Positions 10,116 to 20,268 of a DNA stretch of 64,000 bases are shown here, piece by piece. This DNA comes from a virus. The position numbers were made by a program, and so were the translations under genes. The notes below the pieces were generated by a model. The model saw only the letters and a list, made by a program, of their open reading frames with translations. It searched no databases and was not told the DNA's origin. The DNA is taken from positions 15,072 through 79,071 of IMG/VR virus record IMGVR_UViG_3300036781_000230. One strand, written 5' to 3'. The stretch's first letter is position 1; every line of letters starts with the position of its first letter.

Positions 10116-11315
10116 ATGGCATATTTTCCTCCAGTAATTACGGCAGCAGGGCTCTCTATACCTACTTTCAATGATATTCAAGCTGTTATCCTGAGCGCCT
10201 TTCAGTCGATCTATGGATCGACTACTTACCTCGGAAATGACTCTGCTGATTATCAATGGATTTCTGCTCTAGCTCTTAAGTTAAATGACAATATGGGTCT
10301 CTGTCAGTTGGCCTATAATGCTCGATCCCCACTTACTGCTATAGGTTCTGATTTAGATTCTATACTTAAGATTAATGGATTAACTAGACTTTCTTCTTCT
10401 AATTCATCAGTAACTCTGTTACTTACTGGTTTATCTGGAACTCCTATTTACAGCGCCATTATAGCTGACGTGAATGGTATTCTCTGGCAACTTCCTCCAA
10501 CAGTAACTATCGGTCCTGGTGGAAGCGCTAGTGCTACTGCTATATGTCAGCAAGGTGGTCCGATTAGTGCTGCTCCAGATACTATCAAAACTCCAGTCGG
10601 TGGATTTACTGCTGGTTGGAACACAGTAACTAACCCTTCGGCCGCTAACGTAGGAACTCCTGTAGAATCTGATTCTAATGCCAGAGCTCGTCAATCTGTT
10701 TCGGTAGCTCTACCATCTAGTACTAGACTTGCTGGAACCGTCGCTGAAGTCAAAGCAGTGGCTGGAGTTACTCTTACTAATATCTTAGAGAATCAAACTG
10801 GAGTTACTGATGCTTACGGTAACCTTGGTCACTCTATGACTGCTGTTGTAATGGGTGGAACTGATTTAGATGTCGCTACTGCTATCTTCAATAATAGAGG
10901 AATAGGATGTAACACTATTGGAGCTACAGCCGTATCTATGGTTGAAGTTTCTGTAACTGATCCCAATTCTGGAAATGTTATGGTTATTGGTTTTGTTAGA
11001 CCTGTATCAGTTCCCATTTATGTCATGCTTGGAATTCACGGTCTAACATCTAATTATAATTCTGCTATGCAGACGAATATTCAGAATGCCGTAGCTAACT
11101 ATCTCAATAGTTTGCAAATTGGAGAAGAAGTTACTCAATCTGCTTTATATGGAGTGGCTTTGTCTGCTATGCCTAATCTGCTTCAGCCTGATTTTTCCAT
11201 TAGATCTCTTCAACTGGGAATTACTTCTTCCCCTACTGGAACTACAGATATTGATATGGATTTCTGGCAAGTTTCTTCTGGCTTATCAGCTAATGTTACT
11301 ATCAATGCGGTGTAA
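10116..11315 (+). CDS. Baseplate J-like wedge protein
   Basis: DSADYQW, AIGSDLD, NPSAANVGTPVESDSNARAR, VMGGTDLDVA motifs. Confidence 0.9.
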   Translation: MAYFPPVITAAGLSIPTFNDIQAVILSAFQSIYGSTTYLGNDSADYQWISALALKLNDNMGLCQLAYNARSPLTAIGSDLDSILKINGLTRLSSSNSSVTLLLTGLSGTPIYSAIIADVNGILWQLPPTVTIGPGGSASATAICQQGGPISAAPDTIKTPVGGFTAGWNTVTNPSAANVGTPVESDSNARARQSVSVALPSSTRLAGTVAEVKAVAGVTLTNILENQTGVTDAYGNLGHSMTAVVMGGTDLDVATAIFNNRGIGCNTIGATAVSMVEVSVTDPNSGNVMVIGFVRPVSVPIYVMLGIHGLTSNYNSAMQTNIQNAVANYLNSLQIGEEVTQSALYGVALSAMPNLLQPDFSIRSLQLGITSSPTGTTDIDMDFWQVSSGLSANVTINAV

Positions 11316-11318
11316 ATC

Positions 11319-11906
11319 ATGCCTGGACAACTTCCTATTCAATCACTTACTAATGGTTACTATCTAAACATATTAACCTCTGAATACAGAACAACCACCC
11401 AATTTAATCAGTGGTTTACTGTAGTTTTGAATATTGCTACTGATATTTCAAATTGTCTACAGTTTATTACGTCTGCTTTTGATTTAGATTTTGCTGTAGG
11501 AGTTCAACTAGATATTCTAGGTGTTTTAATTGGAGTTAAAAGAACAGTTCCTTTCCAGCCTAATAACGGAATAAGTCCTGTTCTCGATGATGACACCTAT
11601 AGAATACTCTTGAAAGCTACTATAGCTAATAATCAATGGGATGGAACACAGGGAAGTCTGTATCCTATCTGGAAACAACTTTTCCCTGGTGGTCAAATTA
11701 TTATCATAGATAATCAAAATATGACCGCAGACATCCTGATGACAGGGTCGTTCTCCTCTATTCTTCAAGACTTAATCACCAATGGAATGATTGTTCCAAG
11801 ACCACAGGCTGTTCAATATAATTATGTCTTCGGTACGCTTCCATTCTTTGGATTCGGATTTAACAATCAGTTCATAGCTGGCTTTGGTACAGGCCATTGG
11901 GGGTAA
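11319..11906 (+). CDS. Baseplate wedge protein (DUF2612-like)
   Basis: FDLDFAVGVQLDILG, LDDDTYR, NQWDGT, PRPQAV motifs. Confidence 0.85.
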   Translation: MPGQLPIQSLTNGYYLNILTSEYRTTTQFNQWFTVVLNIATDISNCLQFITSAFDLDFAVGVQLDILGVLIGVKRTVPFQPNNGISPVLDDDTYRILLKATIANNQWDGTQGSLYPIWKQLFPGGQIIIIDNQNMTADILMTGSFSSILQDLITNGMIVPRPQAVQYNYVFGTLPFFGFGFNNQFIAGFGTGHWG

Positions 11907-11915
11907 TAAAGAACA

Positions 11916-12488
11916 ATGGCTGGCTCAACTAATCTTCTTCAATTTAATCCCGGCGCAGCTAATCAAGAAACTGATGCTCAATATGCAGCAGATTCTCAAC
12001 GAGCTGGTGGAACTATTAATGGTCAAATCTTTAATGATCAACTGGCTAATAAGTTATTCTATCAGCTCTCTACTTTCTGTACGGCTTTTGGATTGATGAT
12101 GGCTTCTAAAGGCTATACTATTACAGATACGGATATATCCGCTTTAGAAGGTCAATTAGCTAACGTTATCACAGCTGCTGATCTTAAAGCAAATCTTCAG
12201 ATTTTAGGATTCTCTTCTACTACTAACTTTAACGCTGCTACTAGTAATGGTTTCCAAGTTACTCTTTCTGGAAATATGGTTGCTACAGCATCTGGAGTTT
12301 CTCCTGGTCAAGAGGTTACTTTCATAATCATTCAAGACGCAACTGGTGGTAGAGATATTACCTGGGGCTCAGGATTTGCTGGAGGTCCTAGCCCAGCTCC
12401 TAACCCTAATCAAGTGTCTATAATCACTTTTTATGGTGATGGTGGTGGAACTCTTCGATCTAAGGTAGCTGGCGCAGTAACGAATTAA
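11916..12488 (+). CDS. Short tail fibre/baseplate adaptor
   Basis: N-terminal LANKLFYQLS anchor motif; C-terminal IIQDATGGRDITW domain. Confidence 0.7.
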   Translation: MAGSTNLLQFNPGAANQETDAQYAADSQRAGGTINGQIFNDQLANKLFYQLSTFCTAFGLMMASKGYTITDTDISALEGQLANVITAADLKANLQILGFSSTTNFNAATSNGFQVTLSGNMVATASGVSPGQEVTFIIIQDATGGRDITWGSGFAGGPSPAPNPNQVSIITFYGDGGGTLRSKVAGAVTN

Positions 12489-12499
12489 GGGAGATTTTC

Positions 12500-13078
12500 A
12501 TGCGTAATTTTTTTAAGATTAGTGTCGTTGTGTTGTTTTTAGTCTCAGTAGCCTGGGCTATCAACTATGCAAATCAGTATAACACTCATCTACTTAATTC
12601 ACTAGTAGATAACACGCCAATTGGACAGAGTCAAGCAGCGGCCGGTACATTTACTACTCTTAATGGAAGTTCTTCTACTATTAGCGGAAATCAAAACGTA
12701 GGAAGTTTTCAGATAGGTGGAGGAGCCCCAAACGGTCAAGTTTTGATGGGTAATGGAAGTACTTACATTCCTCAAAATATAGTTATTCCTCCAGCTGGAA
12801 GTCAAGTAGTTAGCACAACTATTACCGGTTGTTCTTTCGGCGGTTATAGCAATCTTAATTCCTGTGCTGGTACATTCTTTTGGACGACTCCTTTTGGTGA
12901 TACTAATTATGATATAACGGGATGCATAGCAAATAGTAATAATGCTGCTTCTGTTATTGTAGCTCAGACTGGAACAAAACAAACGTATGGATTTTCGTAC
13001 GTAGCAACTTTGATTATGATTAATGGCGCTGGAGGAGGATGGGCTCCTCAAATTACGTGCTCAGCTTACCACCACTAA
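12500..13078 (+). CDS. Tail-fibre-like protein with Sec signal peptide
   Basis: MRNFFKISVVVLFLVSVAWA leader; VDNTPIG...AAGTFTTL fibre repeat; C-terminal beta domain FWTTPFGDTNY. Confidence 0.6.
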   Translation: MRNFFKISVVVLFLVSVAWAINYANQYNTHLLNSLVDNTPIGQSQAAAGTFTTLNGSSSTISGNQNVGSFQIGGGAPNGQVLMGNGSTYIPQNIVIPPAGSQVVSTTITGCSFGGYSNLNSCAGTFFWTTPFGDTNYDITGCIANSNNAASVIVAQTGTKQTYGFSYVATLIMINGAGGGWAPQITCSAYHH

Positions 13079-13101
13079 TAGTTAGAAACCAGGAGATTTA
13101 G

Positions 13102-16100
13102 ATGAGAAAGTTTTTGCTGTATGCGGCCCTAGTGTTTACTCTGGTTTCGACTGTTTCAGCTCAGTATGTCCCCACTCCTAACATTGGTTTAGAAATTCCA
13201 GCGAATGGTTCTAATAATTGGAACATTCCTCTTAACTATAATTTTAATAGATTAGATCAATTGCTTAGTGGGCAATTGTCTCTTCCTGGTCTTAGTGTTA
13301 GTGGAAATGTGACAGTAACTGGATCTGTTACAGCTAATAGCTTTATCGGCGCGGGTGGTGCTGGTCTTGCTACGGCTTCCATAGCTTCTCAGTGGAGTCC
13401 TGTATACTATTCTGCTTCTCCTACTGGAAATTCTTTTGCTGGAGTTTCTCCTTTTACTGGACTAGCAAAATATAGCGCTACCGGACCACCTTCTTCTGCT
13501 GTACTATCAGATATTAATTCTTTACTTCTAACTGGAAGTAATTGCTCTACCACAGGTACTGTTTATTCTCCAAAAAGTGGATCGTGTGTTGTTGCTGGTG
13601 GAGTAGCTGCTGGAAGTACGCAAGATGTTCAATTCAATACTAATGGGGCTTTTGCGGCTGACACGAATTTCTTTGGATACACTCTTGGGTCTCATACTCT
13701 TAGTACGACTAATCAAGTCAACAGCACTCTCTTTAGCTCAAAGAGCACAAACGACATACTGAATTCAGATATGTTCTTGACCAGCCCTACGAGTAATGAC
13801 GGTGTACCGAATGCATTCGCTAGTTCGTATTGCTCACCTGGACCTTGCTTAGTTACACGAAATACCAACAGCGCTGACAACTATGACGTCGGAACGGCGT
13901 TTCCTCCAAGTGGCGACACACTTGTAGATCACCAACTTGGGCGCGAAACTTACATCATCCATAATCCTCCTGCCATTTCTGCTCCTCATACAAATAGCCC
14001 CTACGATTGCAACGGATTCAATGCAGCAACCTGCCACACAGTTTTGTTTGATACTGTTGACCCTACTGCCACTGTACAACCTACTAGTCGTCCGGGGGTG
14101 GAAAGTGCTTCAGCAGCATTCAATATGTGGAGTTGGAACTACGGAAATTGTCCAAACTGTGGAAATACGCAATGGGGACCAGCAGGGAGTATGGAAAGTT
14201 TGTATGCTGGTTTTAGCTCACAAGGTATTACTCAAGTTCGAACATCTGATGTAGTCAAGCATGGAACAGGAGATTGGAGTTCTTTCTATGCCTATTTCTT
14301 CAGTGATGGCGGGCAACCCGACTACTCTGGAGAAGGCGGAAATAATGAAACGATTCAAGGTGGTGAAACCAGTGATTACGGACACTTTATCGTAGGATCT
14401 GGGGGAACTGCTAATACCATATCTCTTCCAATTGTTTACAATTCTGCATTTACTCCGTCCAGTATAAATCGCAATGCTACTAGTGGTGGCGGTTATATGA
14501 TAGATATTACTCAAGGATCAATTACTGGACATGTAACTGGAGTAGATCAGACTCTTCCTCAGAACGCTTATGTTGGAATACTTCCTATAGATACTTCAGT
14601 TACCCCTTCAACAGCATATGGAAACACAACTTGTGAAATGCCTGTTCCTGTATCCACCAATCCAAATCTGTACGGTTCAATTACCTGTACAATTAGTAAC
14701 ATTGGAGGAAGTAATTCAGCAGGTTTCACTACGGGGTTTGCGGAACTTTCAGGAGACTTTCCAGAGGGAGTAACTATTACATCTGCTCCAACTCCAGCAT
14801 CAGGAGGTAGCCAGACGGTAACTTTTACCTACGTACATCCACATGGTTCTACTCAAACGATGCTGTGGCAGGGAAGTAATGTTATTGGAGATTTTTTAAG
14901 TTGGGATTACTACACTGGACTTAACTCTATGAAATCTCCATTTCATGTGTATGGAGCTACTGACTCAACCCATATTGTAGCTCAACCTCGTTTTGGTGGA
15001 GTAGTTATAAATCCTTATAATGCTGGAGTAGTTCAAACTGTTTCTAGTTTGACTCAATCTGGAACTACTGTAACAGCGCTGATCTATCCATCTACTTCAA
15101 TATCTGCGATGCAACCATTTAATAAACAATCAGCAGTTATATCTGGTTGTTCTGACGCAGGATTTAATCAAACCGTAACTAATGTCACGCTTCATCCGGC
15201 TGCTTCTCCTAATCAGACAGTTACATGGACTTCTCCGGGAACTGGTTCTACTTGCGCTACTGCTTCTATAACTCTAGTTCCGGCAACATTCGCTTTTCAT
15301 TTGTATCCAGGCGCTGAGCAGTTTGGTCCTGCGATTGCAGCACCGGCTAATCTTCCTCTCCTCATAAATAATGTTAATTGGACTCCAGGCGATCTCATCG
15401 AAATGCCTCACCACTTCGACTGGTCTGGAACTGATTTACGCACAACTTGGATTGTGAATAATGCGACAGCTGTATTTGGAGGAAACAGTAATGGCGCTGG
15501 ACACACCTTTCAAGGTCCAGGAATCGGGGGTCAATTCAAACCATTCAATGTAGGTATCGCTAATCCATGCTCCTACTACGTAGGATGCGGGGGAAATATT
15601 CCTCCGGTTTACATGGTGATATTTGGAACTGGTGGTAATCCTTCTAATGGCGGTGTCAACGGAGGAGGAATCAGATTAGGAGAAGCTCCTATAAACGGTG
15701 GAGCTGGTCTAAGTATTGGTTGTGCCGATGCTGCTCTCGGAGGATGCTCAAGCATTGATCCAATTATCTTTCTCCAGACTAATGAAAACGCTCAAGGAAT
15801 CTTTGAGTTTTTGCCTGGTCTTTCTTCATGGGCACTCCCTAGTTTAACTGTAGGTCTTCCATCACCAAATTCACGGCCAGGATTAGGAACTATCACAGCA
15901 GGTAGTTATCACATTGCTGGATTCGAAGATAATACTTTAGGACTTAATTTCTACGGATACGGTAGCACAGTACTCAACACTCTAGGATTCTGTAACCATA
16001 ATTCCTTCACTTTTGCAATTTCGGTTGGAACCTGCACGAATGGGTCAAGGTTATCTACGTCGGTGGGAGAACTGGATGCTGGAGTCCTGAGGGCTGATGC

Positions 16101-17007
16101 TTCGGCTAGTTTGGCGAGTATTTCTGTTGGATTAGTTCCCCCAGTTAAGGCTCCTACTCTGGTATATACTGGAACAACTGGAACTACAGAAAGAAATTAC
16201 GGAGTTTCTGTAGTTAGTCCTCTTGGAGTAGAAGGTGCTCTCGGAGAATCGACATATGTGGAGAATACCGCATCAACTCTAGATGCTAGCGATTATGTAA
16301 CGATCACATGCCCCACATCATTACAGCCAAACTATCCAACCGGAACCACCTACAATGTGTGGTCTAGTACAGGCACTCCCTATCCCCTTGGGAATTGTCC
16401 AGTCGGCGGATCGATTGTTGATAATGGGACACACAGTGCAGGAACTTATCCAACTCAATTTGCCAACATGACGGCTTTGGCCCTACAGTGGCAAGTAGAA
16501 CTCGGAGGAGCTCTAGGATTCTGGAACTCTAATACAACTGGTAAAGCTCTAGACGTCTATATCAATAGACTTAGCGCTAACACTATAGGAATTGGTTCGA
16601 CCCCAGGAACGAGTCATAACGGCAGTTTTGAAGCAGCTACTATTACTGCTGATACTGGTTTTGCTGGAAGCGGATCGGCTCTTACTAATATTAATGCTGT
16701 AAAAGTTAATGGGGGTTCTCTTCCTACTTCCACTCCATATCTTGCCACTAACGGCACTGGTCAAGTAATTGCTTCAACCAATATTCCCGTTAGATATGTT
16801 GGGACAATAACTTCAGTTGCTGGAACTAGTGATACCCTATCTGTCACTGGTTTAACAACCTCGAATCATTGTTCTATACAATTTACAAACTCAGGATCAG
16901 CTGCTCTTACTGGGGATTTTGTTTCAGTAGGTACCGGCTCATTAACGTGGAATCATTCACTATCTGTAGGCGGTGAGACGGTGGATGCTTTCTGCAATAT
17001 TCCTTAA
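13102..17007 (+). CDS. Large tail fibre/receptor-binding protein with Sec signal peptide
   Basis: MRKFLLYAALVFTLVSTVSA leader, then TPNIGLEIP...WNIPLNYNFNRLD anchor motif; G/S/T- and Cys-rich. Confidence 0.7.
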   Translation: MRKFLLYAALVFTLVSTVSAQYVPTPNIGLEIPANGSNNWNIPLNYNFNRLDQLLSGQLSLPGLSVSGNVTVTGSVTANSFIGAGGAGLATASIASQWSPVYYSASPTGNSFAGVSPFTGLAKYSATGPPSSAVLSDINSLLLTGSNCSTTGTVYSPKSGSCVVAGGVAAGSTQDVQFNTNGAFAADTNFFGYTLGSHTLSTTNQVNSTLFSSKSTNDILNSDMFLTSPTSNDGVPNAFASSYCSPGPCLVTRNTNSADNYDVGTAFPPSGDTLVDHQLGRETYIIHNPPAISAPHTNSPYDCNGFNAATCHTVLFDTVDPTATVQPTSRPGVESASAAFNMWSWNYGNCPNCGNTQWGPAGSMESLYAGFSSQGITQVRTSDVVKHGTGDWSSFYAYFFSDGGQPDYSGEGGNNETIQGGETSDYGHFIVGSGGTANTISLPIVYNSAFTPSSINRNATSGGGYMIDITQGSITGHVTGVDQTLPQNAYVGILPIDTSVTPSTAYGNTTCEMPVPVSTNPNLYGSITCTISNIGGSNSAGFTTGFAELSGDFPEGVTITSAPTPASGGSQTVTFTYVHPHGSTQTMLWQGSNVIGDFLSWDYYTGLNSMKSPFHVYGATDSTHIVAQPRFGGVVINPYNAGVVQTVSSLTQSGTTVTALIYPSTSISAMQPFNKQSAVISGCSDAGFNQTVTNVTLHPAASPNQTVTWTSPGTGSTCATASITLVPATFAFHLYPGAEQFGPAIAAPANLPLLINNVNWTPGDLIEMPHHFDWSGTDLRTTWIVNNATAVFGGNSNGAGHTFQGPGIGGQFKPFNVGIANPCSYYVGCGGNIPPVYMVIFGTGGNPSNGGVNGGGIRLGEAPINGGAGLSIGCADAALGGCSSIDPIIFLQTNENAQGIFEFLPGLSSWALPSLTVGLPSPNSRPGLGTITAGSYHIAGFEDNTLGLNFYGYGSTVLNTLGFCNHNSFTFAISVGTCTNGSRLSTSVGELDAGVLRADASASLASISVGLVPPVKAPTLVYTGTTGTTERNYGVSVVSPLGVEGALGESTYVENTASTLDASDYVTITCPTSLQPNYPTGTTYNVWSSTGTPYPLGNCPVGGSIVDNGTHSAGTYPTQFANMTALALQWQVELGGALGFWNSNTTGKALDVYINRLSANTIGIGSTPGTSHNGSFEAATITADTGFAGSGSALTNINAVKVNGGSLPTSTPYLATNGTGQVIASTNIPVRYVGTITSVAGTSDTLSVTGLTTSNHCSIQFTNSGSAALTGDFVSVGTGSLTWNHSLSVGGETVDAFCNIP

Positions 17008-17095
17008 AAGATTTACGCTCAGACCTCAATAAAGCGTAAATAGGGCGAAGATATTCTTCGACCCAATCTCCTAATCAGAGAGAATCAAGGCAGAT

Positions 17096-17140
17096 GGGAA
17101 GTCATTCGTGAGGATGGCTTCCCGATTTTTCTTCACTTTT
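17096..17140 (+). terminator. Intrinsic terminator/attenuator before lysis module
   Basis: GGGAAGTCAT...ATGGCTTCCC stem followed by T-rich run. Confidence 0.6.
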
Positions 17141-17161
17141 AAAAGTATTGGGGAATAAGAA

Positions 17162-17509
17162 ATGATCAGAAGCATTCAACGAAACGGCCTGCTTTATATT
17201 CGATGCATGCTTTTGCTAACTTTTTTGTACATAGCTCTATCTGGTAATTATCCTCCGGCTCACGCTCAAGTTCCTACTCAGAGTTTTATACCGGTTATTA
17301 GTCAGGCTGATCCAGTTCAAAATGAGCAGATTTTAGAGTTGAATCGACATCTAGATAATACAGATAAAATAGTAGCTCAGCAAGAAACTGAAATTTCTAG
17401 TGTTAGAAATGACTACAGCCGAGGATACGGCATGGTCCAGGGATTTGGATGGCTTCTCACTTTTTTAGTTACTGCTAGCATTACAATTCAGGTTAGAAAG
17501 AAGGCATAA
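17162..17509 (+). CDS. Membrane protein of lysis module
   Basis: N-terminal hydrophobic segment, coiled coil, C-terminal TM helix. Confidence 0.5.
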   Translation: MIRSIQRNGLLYIRCMLLLTFLYIALSGNYPPAHAQVPTQSFIPVISQADPVQNEQILELNRHLDNTDKIVAQQETEISSVRNDYSRGYGMVQGFGWLLTFLVTASITIQVRKKA

Positions 17510-17805
17510 TGATTTCCGAAATTAGTTTCGGTATCATGAGTATTTTCTATCATCTTTGTGTTGTCATTTCCTGTGCTTCTTTAGTGGCTAACTTTCTCCC
17601 CAGCGCCAGACTACTTAATCACTATCCTAAAGTTAAAGCTATTTATCTTCTAATAGTTGACTGGATAGCTTTACTTGCTCTAAATTTTAGAGCCGATCTT
17701 CCCTCTTTGGATAAAGAAATTTTAGGATTTAAACGTAGATTCAGACACGCCTACAGAAACTGGAAACAAAGTAGACAGGATACTGTAGTTAGAAAAGGAA
17801 TATAA
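17509..17805 (+). CDS. Holin-like membrane protein
   Basis: Two hydrophobic segments and basic tail; directly upstream of endolysin. Confidence 0.5.
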   Translation: MISEISFGIMSIFYHLCVVISCASLVANFLPSARLLNHYPKVKAIYLLIVDWIALLALNFRADLPSLDKEILGFKRRFRHAYRNWKQSRQDTVVRKGI

Positions 17806-17807
17806 CT

Positions 17808-18353
17808 GTGATTGACCTAGACGCTGTAGTTCTATTTGTAATTAAACAAGAAGACTCAACTCTATCTGGAATAATTACGAATGATCCACTAGATAACGGT
17901 GGAACTACTAGATATGGGTTAACTCAGAAATTTCACTCCGAACTAAAGCGGCAAGGATTTTTTGATAGAGGAGTTGTTCCTGCTGATCGTGCGCTGATAA
18001 TGGCCCAACAGGCATATCAATCTCAATATGCACAACCTCTAATGTTGACGTCATTTAACTCTCAAGCCATAGCTACCGCCATGCTTTCATTCGCTGTAGT
18101 TGAAGGTAATCACGTTGCTGTAAAATGTCTTCAGACTTCAGTAACTAAATGTGGAATACCCATAACTGTAGATGGACTATTAGGTCATGCTACAGTAGAT
18201 GGAGCAAATACTATTGATCAGACTTCACTTCTTCAAGAGTGGATCAATCAAGAGAATACCTACTTTGAAACTATAGTAGAGCACAATTCGAGTCAGCAAC
18301 GATTTTTAAAAGGCTGGGAAGCCCGGGCTGAAAAACTTAAAACACTTCTGTAG
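17808..18353 (+). CDS. Endolysin, glycosyl hydrolase family 108
   Basis: NDPLDNGGTTRYGLT, VDGLLG..T, QQRFLKGWEAR motifs. Confidence 0.85.
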   Translation: MIDLDAVVLFVIKQEDSTLSGIITNDPLDNGGTTRYGLTQKFHSELKRQGFFDRGVVPADRALIMAQQAYQSQYAQPLMLTSFNSQAIATAMLSFAVVEGNHVAVKCLQTSVTKCGIPITVDGLLGHATVDGANTIDQTSLLQEWINQENTYFETIVEHNSSQQRFLKGWEARAEKLKTLL

Positions 18354-18361
18354 GAGTCATT

Positions 18362-18673
18362 ATGCATTATACTGCTTTCCAAATTTCTCTGTTTATGGTT
18401 CTGATCATCTTTGCTATAATGATTATCAGAGGTAAGACCGATCTTCCCCAGTTCATCGGTGCAATCAATAGTGTCGGCTCTCAGCCTACAGCCATAACTG
18501 TAATGATGATTGGTTGTATAATGCTGGTCATGTGTAAGATATACGGTTTGGATTCAACTATCGCTGGCGGTATTATCGGAGTAGCTTCTAATATGTTAAC
18601 TAACATGTTTGTGAAGACCCATACCGATAATGCTGGTAATAAGAGCCAGGATTCAGAAATCCCAAAAGTGTAA
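18362..18673 (+). CDS. Holin-like multi-TM protein
   Basis: About three hydrophobic segments; follows endolysin. Confidence 0.5.
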   Translation: MHYTAFQISLFMVLIIFAIMIIRGKTDLPQFIGAINSVGSQPTAITVMMIGCIMLVMCKIYGLDSTIAGGIIGVASNMLTNMFVKTHTDNAGNKSQDSEIPKV

Positions 18674-18714
18674 ATCAACCTTTAACGCTTTATCAACCAG
18701 AGAAAGAGAGTATC

Positions 18715-19125
18715 ATGTCTAACCCAGTCATTACATTCTTTGAAAAGATCGGTTCTAAGCTCGCCAGCATGTTCAAGAAGGCTCCATCCATAGAAGTACA
18801 GGTTTCTTCAGCCATTAACTACTGCGCTCCCTTTGTTGAAGAACTCGACACCTTGGTTGATCCCACATTGGCTCCTATCATCAACCCCATCATCGATAAG
18901 GTTAAAACTGGACTCGCTGCTCTTGCGGTGACTATTCAGCAAGCAAGTACCCCTACTGGTCAAACCAATCTTCAGAGTATTTTCTCTTCGCTGAAGAGCA
19001 ATCTCTCTTCGTTGGAGTCTGCTGCTCAAGTTAAGAATCCTGAGAATGCAGCTAAATTCTCTCAGATTGTTAACTTGATTATCGGAGAAATTTCCGCAAT
19101 CTCAACCTCTGTAATCAAGGCTTAG
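18715..19125 (+). CDS. Amphipathic helical protein in lysis module
   Basis: Good RBS; helical composition; function unknown. Confidence 0.5.
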   Translation: MSNPVITFFEKIGSKLASMFKKAPSIEVQVSSAINYCAPFVEELDTLVDPTLAPIINPIIDKVKTGLAALAVTIQQASTPTGQTNLQSIFSSLKSNLSSLESAAQVKNPENAAKFSQIVNLIIGEISAISTSVIKA

Positions 19126-19145
19126 TTTACTAAAGGAGATATCTG

Positions 19146-19820
19146 GTGGCAAAGTTACTCACTATCGCAAAGGTCGTGGCTCTCATTGCCATCAGTTTCT
19201 TCTTTGTGGAAGCTGGTCTATTCTTTAAGAATGGTATTATTTCTCTAGACAATACTTTAGTCTCCATTAATACAGCAACTGATTCTATATCAAAAGATTC
19301 CATTAAGCTTGGACAGACTCTTGATATGATCAACAATCCAGACCCTCGACTCGGAACTATTAAACTAGTGAACAAAGATCTGGTTAATTTAAAAGATACA
19401 CTAGTTCTAATAAACATGAGCGCTAAGACCTTCAGCGATACGTCAAGAACCCAAGCTCTATACGCTCAGAAGTGGGACGGTCAAATCACCGACACTCTAG
19501 GAAATGTGAATAAAATTGCAGTCACAGCTAATCAGAGTATATCAGATACTTCTTTAGCACTACAATCTTCTGTGGTAGCTATAAAGCCTGTTCTTCAACA
19601 GACGACTTCTACTTTAGTCGCCACTGAGAAACTTATAAGTAATCCTGAAGTTGTTGAAACTATTCACAATCTCAACACTAGTAGTAAGGCCTTATCTGGA
19701 ATAACCACAGACACTGAGACTTGGTGGCACAATACTCTCTATCCTAAGTGGCCAAGAAGAGTAATGAATGTCTTAACTAATCAGAGCATGACAGCAATTA
19801 AGTGGTTCACGGGGAATTAA
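19146..19820 (+). CDS. Membrane-anchored coiled-coil protein (i-spanin-like)
   Basis: N-terminal TM plus long heptad region; last gene of lysis module. Confidence 0.45.
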   Translation: MAKLLTIAKVVALIAISFFFVEAGLFFKNGIISLDNTLVSINTATDSISKDSIKLGQTLDMINNPDPRLGTIKLVNKDLVNLKDTLVLINMSAKTFSDTSRTQALYAQKWDGQITDTLGNVNKIAVTANQSISDTSLALQSSVVAIKPVLQQTTSTLVATEKLISNPEVVETIHNLNTSSKALSGITTDTETWWHNTLYPKWPRRVMNVLTNQSMTAIKWFTGN

Positions 19821-19920
19821 GGATGATGTGCAAAATTTGCGTGATAATTTACATTATTACGGTATGCATATTTATCCTTAGATAACCCAGGTTTCTCTAG
19901 TATACACTTTAAATTACTAG
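19819..19920. repeat. Dispersed element copy C
   Basis: GTGCAA 19828-19833, N30, ATGCAT 19864-19869, then CCTTAG/CCCAGG/CTAG. Confidence 0.75.
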
Positions 19921-19941
19921 TTTTTATCATTATATGCCATC

Positions 19942-19980
19942 GCCCGTACCCTTATCTCATCAATAAGGGTACGGGCTTTT
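19942..19980. terminator. Intrinsic terminator between convergent late and early arms
   Basis: Perfect 14-bp stem GCCCGTACCCTTAT/ATAAGGGTACGGGC followed by TTTT. Confidence 0.85.
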
Positions 19981-19992
19981 GGTGTTTAAGAA

Positions 19993-20250
19993 CTAGTGTT
20001 TAACTAGTGGACTTAAGGGTCTCTGTTTAGCTTTTACTTTTAACATGTTAGCTGAGATTACTTTCTCAACCATATTATTCACGTGTCGAATGGCTCTTTC
20101 ACGGCTTGAGAAAGGTTTTCCTGGAACTCTATCTTTTCCCATAGTTATGAACCATTCGTCCTTGTCTTTTACTTTTCTAATCTCAACTACTTCTCCATCA
20201 AATATAGCAGTAGAGAGTTCTGGATTCACGTGTTTGAATAGGATTACCAA
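19993..20250 (-). CDS. Hypothetical protein
   Basis: ORF colinear with the - strand operon. Confidence 0.55.
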   Translation of the reverse strand: MVILFKHVNPELSTAIFDGEVVEIRKVKDKDEWFITMGKDRVPGKPFSSRERAIRHVNNMVEKVISANMLKVKAKQRPLSPLVKH

Positions 20251-20268
20251 GGTCTTATCTCCGAGATA

